Assembly (NCBI GenBank): GCA_903813345.2
Contig: CAIIXF020000001.1
Location: 32,860,001-32,924,000, forward strand
DNA: 64,000 nt
Reading direction: 5' to 3'
DNA from: Owenia fusiformis
Taxonomy: Eukaryota
Under the pieces are notes generated by a model that ran no database searches, was not told where the DNA came from, and saw only the letters and a list, made by a program, of their open reading frames with translations. Positions 52,750 through 64,000 of the stretch are shown here, one piece after another; the first letter of the stretch is position 1; each line of letters opens with the position of its first letter. Both the position numbers and the translations under genes were made by a program.

Positions 52750-55242
52750 ATTTGAAACAGGTACATAATAGATATTGAACAAGATCGCAAACTATGCAAA
52801 ATCATTGTTCGGTAAGAAATAATAAAAAAAAATTAGTACCATGGGTACTGGGCTCACATGGTGACAGAAAAAAACGGATATAATTTTTTGCTGATTTTTT
52901 GTTACAAAATTATATCAAGCCATCTGTCTCTCAGTCAATTAAAATGGATGAAAAAAAAACCGATATAATTTTTTGCCAATAATTTGTAACAAAATTATTT
53001 CATACAACTACTCTTTACAGTGACATGGCTTTTTGCAATGCAAGACACCTGAAATTATTTGTAAAGCTAGGAAATGGGCCAAAATTGAATTTCGCGAGAC
53101 AAAAATGGCGACCATTTTGAAATCAGGCAAGCTTTTGAACCAGGAGTCATAAGGGAGTTTTTTGTATTGATGTTGAACAAAAATAACTTGAAACTGGAAT
53201 CCTATCGACAGAGGTTTTGAGCAAATGGTCCAAAAGAGGATTTCGCGAGACAGATGGACAAATTAATGTTAACAAAAATGGCTGAAAATAAAAAAAATGG
53301 ATATAATATTTTGCTGATTTTTTGTAACAAAATTATTTCATACAACTACCTTTAACAGAGGCATGGCTTTTTACAATGCAGGACAGCTGAAATTAAAGCT
53401 AAAATGTAAAGCTAGGAAATGGGCAAAAAGTGAATTTCGCGAAACAAGAATGGCAACCATTTTGAAAATAGGCGAGCTTTTGAACCAAGAGTCATAGGAG
53501 AGTTTTTGGTATTGATGTTGAACAAAATTAACTTAAAATGTGAATCCTATCGACAGAGGGTTTAAGGTAAATGGTCCAAAAGCACACTACTATACCTAAC
53601 ACCTAGAAATGCATAAGATACTTTGTTTGTCTAATTGGATTGTTTAGTATAATTTTGAAAGTACCTTATCAACATCTAACTTTCAACCGATAAACCATTA
53701 ATAAGGAACAGACAAATAAAAACAAATATATAATCATTACTAATAAGCCAAATGGGTTGCTCATGAAAGCCAAATGCAAGGTATAGTAGAGTGAAAAGTG
53801 GATTTTGCGAGACAGATGGACAAATCAATGTTAACTATATAAAATGGCTGAAAATAAATAAATGGATATAATTTTTCGCTGATTTTTCGTAACAAAATTA
53901 TTTCATACATCTACTCTTTACATTGACATGGATTTTTACAATGTAGGACACTTAAAATTATTTGTAAAGCTAGGAAATGGGTCAAAAGTGAATTTCGCGA
54001 GACAAAAATGGCGGCCATATTGAAAATAGGCGAGCTTTTGAACCAGGAGTCATAGGGGAGTTTTCTGAATTGATGTTGAACAGAAATAACTTAAAACAGG
54101 AATCCTATCGACAGAGGTTTTAAAACGTGCCACAGAAAGTGGATTTCGCGAGTCAGATAGACAAATCAATGTTCACTAAAATGGCTGAAAATAAAAAAAA
54201 TGGATACAATTTTTCGGTGATTTTTTGTAACAAAATTATTTCATATATCTACCCTTTACATTGACATGGATTTTTACAATGTAGGACACCTGAAATTATT
54301 TGTAAAGCTAGGAAATGGGTCAAAAGTGAATTTCGCGAGACAAAAGTGACGGCCATTTTGAAAATAGCCGAGCTTTTGAACCAAGAGTCATAGGAGAGTT
54401 TTTTGTATTGATGTTGAACAAAAATAATTTAAAATGGGAATCCTATCGACAGAGGGTTTAAGGTAAATGGTCCAATAGTGAATTTTGCGAGTGAATTTTG
54501 CGAGACAGATGGACAAATCAATGTTAACTAAAATGGCTGAAAATAAAAAAATGGATATAATTTTTCGCTGATTTTTTGTAACAAAATTATTTCATACATC
54601 TATTCTTTACTTTGCAATGGATTTCTACAATGTGGGACACTTGAAATTATTTGTAAAGCTAGGAAATGGGTCAAAAGTGAATTTCGCGAGACAAAAATGG
54701 CGGCCATTTTAAAAATAGGCGAGCTTTTGAACCAGGAGTCATAGGGGAGTTTTCTGAATTCATGTTGAACAGAAATAACTTAAAACAGGAATCCTATCGA
54801 CAGAGGTTTTAAAACGTGCTACTGTTATTGACAGAAAGTGGATTTCGCGAGTCAGATAGACAAATCAATGTTAACTAAAATATGATTTTTTGTAAAAAAA
54901 TTATTTCATATATCTAATCTTTACATTGACATGGATTTTTACAATGTAGGACACCTGAAATTATTTGTAAAGCTAGGAAATGGGCCAAAAGTGAATTTCG
55001 CGAGACAAAAGTGACGGCCATTTTGAAAATAGGCGAGCTTTTGAACCAGGAGTCATAGGGGGGTTTTCTGTATTGATGTTGAACAGAAATAACTTAAAAC
55101 AGGAATCCTATCGACAGAGGTTTTAAAACGTGCCACTATTGTTGACGGACAAACGGACGTACAGACGGATGGATGTACAGACGGACGGACGGACAGACAG
55201 ACGGACAAGTGAGTGATTGCAAAAGCTCACCATGTGAGCTAA
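52750..55242 (+). repeat. HINE-like element with about 340-bp tandem cores
   Basis: About 6 units (GTAAAGCTAGGAAATGGG recurs), ending in a GGAC/AGAC microsatellite and hairpin AGCTCAC-CAT-GTGAGCT; a similar 3' end lies at about 52300-52342. Confidence 0.8.
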
Positions 55243-55249
55243 CTAGACA

Positions 55250-56420
55250 AGAACACACAATTTGAGGACGGAAAATCCAAAATGGCCGCCATAGAAATTT
55301 ACCCAGAATGCCCAAAAATTAGTTAGTTCTAGATTTTCATACTAAGAACCACCCCTGAAAATTTGAAGTTCATCCATCAAACAGTTAACCAGAAAACATG
55401 TAAACAAAACTTTACAGACAAGATTTTAGAATGGAAAATCCAAAATGACTGCCTTGACATTTACCCAGAATGTCAAAAAACTAATCAGTTCAAGATTTTA
55501 ATACTAAGAATCATCCTTGAAAATTTGAAATTGATCTACCAAACAGTTCACTTGAAAACGCATAGACAAGACTTTACAGCCAAGATTTTAGGACGGAAAA
55601 TCCAAAATGGCTGCCTTGACAATTACCCAGAGTGCCAAAAAACTAATCAAATTTAGATTTTCATACTAAGAATCATCCCTGAAAATTTGAAATTGATCTA
55701 CCAAACGGTTCACCTGGAAATGCGTAGACAAGACTTTACAGACAAGATTTTAAGACAGAAAATCAAAAATGGCTGCCTTGACATTTACCCTGAACACCAA
55801 AAAACTAATCAGATCTATTTTCATATTTAAAATCATCCCTGAAAATTTGAAATTGATGTACCAAACGGTTCACCTGGAAATGGATAGACAAGACTTTACA
55901 GACAAGATTTTAAGATGGAAAATCCAAAATGGCTGCCTTGACATTTACCCAGAACGCCCAAAAACTGATCAGATCTAGATTTTCATACTAAGAATAATCC
56001 CTGAAAATTTGAAATTGATCTACCAAACGGTTCACCTGGAAATGCGTAGACAAGACTTTACAGACAAGATTTTTAAGACGGAAAATCCAAAATGGCTGCC
56101 TTGACATTTACCCAGAACGCCCAAAAACTAATCAGATCTAGATTTTCATACTAAGAATCATCCCTGAAAATTTGAAATTGATCTACCGAACGGTTCATCT
56201 GGAAATGCGTAGACAAGACTTTACAGACAAGATTTTTAAGACAGAAAAATCCAAAATGGCTGCCTTGACATTTACCAAGAATGCCCAAAAACTAATCAGA
56301 TTTAGATTTTCATACTAAGAATCATCCCTGAAAATTTGAAATTGATCTACCAACCGATTCACTTGAAAACGCGGAAAGACAAGACTTTACAGACAGAAAA
56401 TCCAAAATGGCCGACAATAA
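55250..56420 (+). repeat. Tandem array, about 162-bp unit
   Basis: AAAATCCAAAATGGC recurs about every 162 nt, about 7 units. Confidence 0.9.
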
Positions 56421-56788
56421 AAAAGTGATTATAAGTTTTTGCTGATTTCCTTTTACAAAATTGTCACATATAACCACTGTTAACAATAACATAGGCTTTT
56501 ACAACAAAGTACACCTGAAATTATTTATAAAGCTACTAAATAGTTAAAGTATGAAAACTCAAAAACACCATTCAATATGATACAATGTAACATCGCGCGC
56601 TAACTTTTCTTAAAGACATTCGAAATGGCTGACATGACTGAGTTAACAGGTCCAAAACCTAATCAGATGTAGAATGAAGTAAGCTGAACAAGATATTAAG
56701 GTGCTATGGAAGTTATCAGGAAATGACAAAACAGGAAGTGACAATTTTTTTTTGCATTTTCAGACATTTTTTGAACAAAGATAACGGA

Positions 56789-58464
56789 TAGGGTGGCTCA
56801 AAATAATTTTTTTTTGGAAATGTTATGCTCCCTACGTGAATCGAGTTGCATTTTGAGGTAAATATCACCTGTGATTTTTTTCAAATTTTTTAGTCAACTT
56901 TTAGGGGTCCCCCACAGCCTTTGAAGTTTGCCCATAGGCTTAACATTAGTGGGCGTCGCCCAAAATCGTACTTTGTAGAAGTTTTCTTCGAGAGTGATTT
57001 ATTTATGTTGTTTAAAGAAAAACAACATTGTATATGATATGATTAGATGTTTAAATCATCATATTACTCTGTTTCATCATGTGAACTTATATAAAAGGTT
57101 ATTCTTACAATATCCTATTTACAAAATATCAGGTACATTCGACCAGTATAATTATTTGAACAAGTACAGTTTTAGAGAATCATGTCTCATATATGATTTG
57201 GTATTGTCATTATAATGGTTTAAACTGTAAAAGGTATTTTCATTTTTGACATTTAATGTTTTAAACATGGTTCAGATCAGATTTTCTTATAAGTGACACT
57301 CTTCCTCTATGATCTGAGCGTACAACACATACATTGTCACGATGCGCCGCGTCATAGGTCATTTGAGAGCATTCCTGTACCAGCTTCACTGCTTGTTCAG
57401 CTGGATCATTCACAGAATGCAGGTCTTGACAGAAATTCTGGGTTTGAATATAAGTTGCTCTGAGCGTACAACACATACATTGTCACGATAAGAGCCAAGA
57501 TCTCTCAGTTACAAACATTGTTAGTGATGGTTTAACATTGCCTAATCAAGCAGCAACTGGGTTGAATTCAGGCTGTCCTGGTTTGCCAGTTGCAAATTGT
57601 ACAGGCTGTGGGATGTTGAGCAGTGCTGTAGCAAGCTCCTGCTTCTCCTCTCTTGCTCTGTCTTACACTGCCAAGAGCTGCGACCAACCTGGAGCCTACC
57701 ACCATGTCAGGTTCATGGGGAAGAGTCTCAACCTCTTGAAGATATTCATGCTCAGCCACTTATTTGTCCAACTTACTCCACAGCAACTGCAGAGGATAGA
57801 TAACACAACTTGTGGGATTTGTGGTCTGTCTCTACGGATGGTATTTCCTAAGTGCCCCGTTGACAACCACAGCACCTCTTCACGGTCTCAAGTTCTTGTA
57901 TAAACTGCAGGAATATCTCAAATGACCTGTGACGCGGCGCATCGTGACAATGTATGTGCTTAACGCTCAGATCATAGAGGAAGAAAATCTGATCTGAACC
58001 ATGTTTAAAACATTGAATGTCAAGAATGAATATACCTTTTACAGTTTAAAACATTATAATGACAATACCAAATCATATATGAGACATGATTCTCTAAAAC
58101 TGTATTTGTTCAAATAATTATACTGGTCGAATGAACCTAATATTTTGTTAATAACCTTTTATATAAGTTCACATGATGGAACAGAGTAATATGATGATTT
58201 AAACATCTAATAATATCATATACAATGTTGTTTTTCTTCACACAACAAATATAAATCACTCTAGAAGAAAACTTCAACAAAGTACGATTTTGGACGACGC
58301 CCACTAATGTTAAGCCTATGGGCAAACTTCAAAGGCTGTGGGGGACCCCTAAAAGTTGACTAAAAAAATTGAAAAAAATCACAGGTGATATTAACCCCAA
58401 AATGCAACTCGATTCACGTAGGGAGCATAACATTTCCAAAAAAAAATTATTTTGAGCCACCCTA
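56789..58464. mobile_element. hAT-family foldback derivative
   Basis: TAGGGTGGCTC termini, exact 8-bp TSD ATAACGGA, about 570-bp inverted arms, transposase-like remnants PGAYHHVRFMGKSLNLLKI and VNDPAEQAVKL. Confidence 0.85.
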
Positions 58465-59019
58465 ATAACGGAGTTCTGTTTTGACCTCCAGTCAATTCAA
58501 CTAGTTCCAAATACCATTTACAGGTCCAGGATCACAATGTTCATGCTCAGAATGACCCTTTACATGATGAAATAATCTTTTCAGCCCTATGAAAATGTGA
58601 CTGAAAAATAGCTAAAAGTAGAAGGTTGGAAAGGTCAGTGAACAGAATCTTTTGAATTTTTCAGAAAATGTGCCCAATATATTGCTCTAAATGATACAAT
58701 CTTTGAAAATTTGATATCATTCATAGAAAAAGAAATTGATTGATTGAAAATGATTTGAAAAGCGATCTATTTTCCTTTTTATGATCGCCATTTTTGTTTG
58801 TTAAATTTGCAGAGAAGGATTTTAGCATTTGACTTCAAAATGGCCGACAGGAAGTAGGTATCGAGTTAAATTTTTTCATCCACATCTGATATCTGTACGG
58901 ACGGCAATATTATTAATGGCCATCTTGATACTTTCCTGAAAAGCAAGGAAATACACACATGCCATCATACTTAATTACAAGTCTTGATCGAAAAGGAAGT
59001 ACTTCAGCCCTCAAATACT

Positions 59020-59849
59020 TACTATTTTTTTCATGGCCTGAGTTCGTCGCTTACATGCTAAATTGAAGAGTTAGCTGACGTTTGGGAGATCTGACTTACC
59101 TTCTAAAGGTTAGAACCCGAATCTTAATGAAACCATATCACCTTTGTTCCGTCAACCATGGAGCATTTGCCACAACATCCAAGAGGTAAATCATGGACCG
59201 TGAAAATGAATGATTTCCTTGTAAGTTCCGGAAGTTTCAATACGAAAAATTACCGAACATATGTGAAAACCGAATATTTGTTCGTTGTTTTCACGATTTA
59301 CAGGTTCGTTTGTTCTCCAATGTTTTGGTCTAAATTATAAAGCATCACCAACAGGTCTTACTCTATTAATCGACTAATACAGCAGACGGCTCATATTTCT
59401 ACGTAGCATTTCGTTCAGACCAATAGTGGGAGTGCAGATCACGCAGTTTCGTTCGATGCGTACATCACTTGAAATTGGTAATTTTAAATATTGGCTACTT
59501 CACTTAGCTTGGCGGATGTAAAACATTGCTTATATTCTTTTAATTTTCACACCAGACATGCTTGGTTGACACGTCAACAAAGTAAAGTTCAAGGGTCAAT
59601 GCGTTATTTCGTGATAACTACAACGCCTTCCCGGATGTCAACATGATGAAAAATGAAAAAGTCGGAAAAGCATTTACACTAATTTCTATCAAATGCTGTG
59701 TTTATGCATCATCAATGACGCAACAAAGGTGATATGGTTTCATTAAGATTCGGGTTCTAACCTTTAGAAGGTAAGTCAGACTCCCAAACGTCAGCTAACT
59801 CTTATATTTAGCATGTTAGCGACAAACTCAGGCCATGAAAAAAATAGTA
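59020..59849. mobile_element. Non-autonomous element with about 128-bp TIRs
   Basis: 59020-59148 is a near-perfect inverted match to 59722-59849; TA at both ends. Confidence 0.85.
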
Positions 59850-60051
59850 CACGGATTGATGTTACTGATGTAAGACACAGTTAGAGACCAAAAGTAAGCC
59901 GCGGATCGACTTAATTTGATTTCAAAGGTTATTATTATTAATCAGATGTTTACTTCCCCGTTTGAGAGCCATAGGTTTCAAAATCTAACATGGCTCTCGA
60001 AGTGAGTAACCCTTGGCCCCAAGAAGGTAAGCCCATAGCGAATTCACTTAC

Positions 60052-60093
60052 CACAAATTTTTACTCAACCCAAGATAAATTTATTCGAGAGAG
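60052..60093 (-). other. RPLP0: Candidate non-coding first exon of RPLP0 with 5' TOP
   Basis: The first coding exon has an acceptor, so an upstream exon (or a trans-spliced leader) is needed. Here CTCTCTCG is followed about 42 nt later by GTG|GTAAGT. An alternative candidate lies at about 63223-63266. Confidence 0.4.
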
Positions 60094-60165
60094 TGTCTGG
60101 AACAAAATGATACCCTCAAACCTTTTTTCCCAGCCGAGTAACGAAATCGGGAGCTAGGGACAGCA

Positions 60166-61090
60166 TAGACGGTGAACACCGCCTCTAATGCGTTGGATTG
60201 TCGTAAGGACTTGCATTAGAGGCGGTGTTTATCCTTGTAAATTCATGCCAATCTAAGTTTTTCTTGATTATTTTTGCCGGTTCACTTTATCTTAATCTTC
60301 TGCTTAGAATCTCTGCGTCATTTACAGAGAAATATAAACAAAATGGATACATTGATGATTTATACAAAAAATTACCATAGCTTTGTGGTTGTAGAAGGTT
60401 GAATTGTGCTAATTTTGTAGCAAAATCGCCGTTTGTCGCTACTGTTTACAAAATCTTTATGGCGGCTTCTATTCTCACGAGATTTGACGAGAGTAGGCAT
60501 TGAATATTGCTGACATCTATTTGACTATACAGAGTTTATATCATTCATTCGACCATCATGTATTTGATGGAAGAAATCAATGATCTCTATTCGCATAACA
60601 TAAAACCAAAGTTTGGATTTGATTTGAAGCCAGAACAGTTACAAGACGTGATAACAAACATATTGAATCAAGAATCCACTATAGCAGTTTTACAAACTGG
60701 TTATTGGAAAACATTACAACACGTGATCATCAAATTACGTCACGTCACGTGATCATCACACTGATTTATGCAACGCATGCGCACTTGAAATTAGGTCAGC
60801 GAAAATGTCAAGAAGACCGGTCAGAAATGCAATTTCGTCTTATCTGCAAGGATTACACAGAATTACTGTAATAAAGCGAGGCATTTAAGGGTTCATTTTG
60901 AAGATTTTTGGTCCCGCTATCCAGTGGTGAAAGAATTTTCAAGATTGAGGTAAGATCTTGGGAGAAAAGTCAAAAACATCAGATCCGGACTTTTCAGCAT
61001 TTCTTAAATTTGATAAATTTACATTGCACGTTATGCACCCCTGGGGCCAACACGATCCTCAGAGACCCAGAGGGTGCATGAATGCACCTA
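60166..61090 (+). mobile_element. AcademH-like deletion derivative carrying a RecQ-helicase fragment
   Basis: TAG...CTA termini, 9-bp TSD GGGACAGCA (60157-60165, 61091-61099). ORF 60558-60752 contains FGFDLKPEQ...AVLQTGYWKTL (RecQ Q motif plus a degenerate Walker A). Confidence 0.75.
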
Positions 61091-61100
61091 GGGACAGCAT

Positions 61101-62794
61101 CAAACAGCATTTTTCAAACGAAGTGTCTGGAGTACCTTAAAATTTAAGGCTCTTTAGCCAAAATGCTAAAGAGCCTTAAAATTTAAGGCTATTTAGCTGT
61201 GAACATAGTGTTTTGGCTAGAGAGCCTTTGTGTTTATAATCCGTGTTTATATTGTTTTTTATTGAAGTTTTCGTCATCTAAACAATAAAACAACTGTCTC
61301 GAAAGTTTTTCAACCCAGAATGCCACTTAAAAATTTCACACATGTATATTACTATAAAGTTGCAAAAAATTGTGTCCTTTCACGGTAGAACACTCTGGTA
61401 TAGTGGTTAGGGTGCTCGCTTTCCGCTCCTGCGGCGTGGGTTCGATTCCCCGACGGAGCACTTTTTATTTTGAATAACAAGCCGGAAGTTTGTTCTCTGA
61501 GGTCCGGAAATTATGTACACAATTTTTTCTAGAATTCTTGGGCTTGCTCCATCGCTCAATCATCAATGTTTAATGAAATTAATCACTTGTATTGGCTTTG
61601 CTATAGTCACGAGAATACAGGGAATCCCATTTTAGGATGGCAAAAAGTATGATGAAGACCTGGGGATGAAAAGGATCTTGTTTCTTCTAGATCAGCACAT
61701 CTTGACGAAGTTTATCGTGAATGCAGGGACATTAGCCCAGGGACATCACAGAATACACTTCCAAATCTATTGCCCTATAGATTTCAATGCTGATTTTAGA
61801 ATTTTTCACGTGACGAGATATTTTTGCATAATATTTTCCTCACAAGTGAGAATTTAAGCACATGAGAGAGCACAAAAAAAATTTACAGTACAAGAGGTGA
61901 ACTGTCGAGGAAATAGCGGCTTATGCAACACAACAACAACATTTTTATCCTAGCCTCCATTCCATCAATAAATGTCTATACATCAAAATCTTTACTAAAC
62001 GGAAGTTGCGATTTATAGTGGATAAAATGGTAAAAATAACCTTTTTCTGGCTATACTGTACGTGATTGCCTGGTCTTACACCTTCTCTGGTGAACCAGAG
62101 ACATATATTTTCGATATATGCATGAACATCAAACAAACAAACATTTTCTTTTCAAAGTCGATGTTTGAACCTTTAAAAAGCCAAATTTAGACTGAGGATT
62201 GAAAACATTCTTTTATTTGTCTCGGTAGACCGGAAGTAAATTGATGAGTCGAACAAAAAGTGATAATGTTTTTTTATGAAGTGGGGAAGTCAAAACAGTA
62301 CTAATAGAAGTCATAGTAAGCATTAGAAGATCATTTAAAACCATATAAATCAAATCAACGGCAAAGTTAGTTGAAATGACTGAAATCTTTATATGTTATC
62401 TTCTTCATCTTCGCGGACCTCAGAGAAGACACTTCCGGTTTAATAATCAGTGATTTTATCGATCAAAAAAAATTTCTCTTTGAATTTGTCCGATATCTGC
62501 TAATATGGTATGTATATTTGTGCTGATTGTTAAATTACAAAATAGGTTGGGTATAGAATATGTCAAAGTCGTTTGATCTTGTCCCAGAAGCAATATTTCG
62601 TCATTTCTGTCGCCTGGAATTCCTAAAGGCTCTTTAGCAGAATTGGCTATCAAAATGCTAAAGAGCCTTAAAATTTAAGGCTCTTTAGCCGAAATGCTAA
62701 AGAACCTTAAAATTTAAGGCTCTTTAGCATTTTGGCTAGAGAGCCTTAAATTTTAAGGCTCTCCAGGCACGGCCTTTTTCAAAAATGTTGTTTG
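61101..62794. mobile_element. Inverted-repeat element with palindromic subterminal repeats
   Basis: CAAACAGCATTTTT / AAAAATGTTGTTTG ends; repeated CCTTAAAATTTAAGGCTCTTTAGC units at both ends. Confidence 0.7.
61390..61460 (+). pseudogene. tRNA-like (Asp/Glu-related) degenerate sequence
   Basis: A box TGGTATAGTGG, B box GGTTCGATTCC, followed by TTTTT; anticodon and acceptor stems do not pair well. Confidence 0.6.
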
Positions 62795-63069
62795 GAACCC
62801 AAAGCCAAAGTACAAAATATTATTGACCTTCCTATAATTAGAACTAGATCTACAAAAGAAATTCACATATACATTGTTACACTTTACAAATCATTAAATT
62901 GAAATTTTATAGTAACAATCTAGGTGAAAGGTTCAATTTTTAGCCAACGTTTTCCAACGTGCTTACCCTATTGTAAAATGGCGCAGAGAGGACGGTCACG
63001 TGACAGTTCACAACGTGGTAGGAATTTCCCTATTAGTTTGGCGTCATTTCCGGGGTATCCCAACTGAAT

Positions 63070-63206
63070 ATGGAGAAAAAGAAAAATTGTGAAATTCTAT
63101 TTTCAAATGCTCAGAAAGATGAATCGATTGATAATTACACTGAGTACATAGTTGCAGCATGTGAACAGCTTAAAACTTACAATTCAAAAGAGGAAATTAA
63201 ACTTTT
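63070..63206 (+). CDS. Possible first coding exon of a divergent, unidentified gene
   Basis: ATG-initiated 45-codon open frame MEKKKNCEILFSNAQKDESIDNYTEYIVAACEQLKTYNSKEEIKL ending exactly at GTAAGT, preceded by promoter-like motifs; no homology recognised. Confidence 0.3.
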
Positions 63207-64000
63207 GTAAGTACAAACTTACTTCGGTCCAAAGCCTTCTCTATATTCCGGCTTTGAGGAGGAAGATTGAGCTGCCTTAGTATTATAAATATTGTAAATC
63301 ATTGTGTCACACGCACAGTAAATATGGCATAATAATATGAAATATACATTTATGTATAGATTTGAAGAACATCAGCTCACATCCCCGTCTGAATCTATTG
63401 TTATATTTGATTTCTTTAAGCGAGAATAATTTCAAATGTTATTCACGTCCAGAACCGGAAGCCATTTTTAGCTACAGCGAGAAAATTTCACCATCTGTCA
63501 AAACTCCAAAATGAAATTTTGAAATATCTAAATCCAGACAAGCAACGCTTCATCCTAAATATGATTAATATTCTTAAAAATATTTATAAAATTTATTTAA
63601 AATGAGTTCTAGGTGCGTGTTAGTTCAACGTCGTTAAACTCAATAACGGCGTTATTTACTATTAAGAATTTTCTTGGGGCCATTATTGAGTTTAACCTCT
63701 TTACTATTCTTTCCATTGATGCAAGTTTTGGATCCACCGAAACCATTTTTCCGCGATAACATGCAACTGATACTTGACAACAATATAAAAACACATAACA
63801 TCAAGCGATTCAACACAATATTATTGTATTAAATGGTCATTTATACAAGTAAAATGAGGTTAAACTTACCAATCTCTAAAATGACATTTCCGCATGTCTG
63901 TCATTGTGTCTGTTCGTCCCGGGTTAAAATTTAAACTATTGAAACGAAATTGTTGTCAAATAGATTGATAATTATCACGCGATTACTCGGGATAAAATAA

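Noticed and set aside
63609..63905. Minus-strand ORF plus upstream ATG...GTAAGT mini-exon
   Set aside because: No recognisable homology, and the structure cannot be completed at the window edge.

Overview
AT-rich, repeat-dense animal genomic DNA; the repeat repertoire suggests an invertebrate such as a lophotrochozoan, which is inference. It holds one clear protein-coding gene, 60S acidic ribosomal protein P0 (RPLP0/uL10), on the minus strand. Its six coding exons (50784 down to 32041) have canonical GT-AG sites and join into an intact 315-aa ORF. The RPLP0 introns host three recognisable snoRNAs of the non-modifying, 18S-processing class: two box C/D U22 (SNORD22)-like copies and one H/ACA U17 (SNORA73/snR30)-like copy. 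The 5' UTR carries a short hairpin that appears conserved with human RPLP0. Most of the remainder is nested mobile DNA: AcademX and AcademH derivatives, a Transib/RAG-like element starting with the RSS heptamer and flanked by a 5-bp TSD, a hAT foldback derivative, Penelope, L2/CR1 and Tc1-mariner relics, MITEs, a tRNA-derived SINE, and Helentron/HINE-like elements with internal tandem arrays. Coordinates were counted by eye. Family assignments rest on recalled motifs, not database searches.
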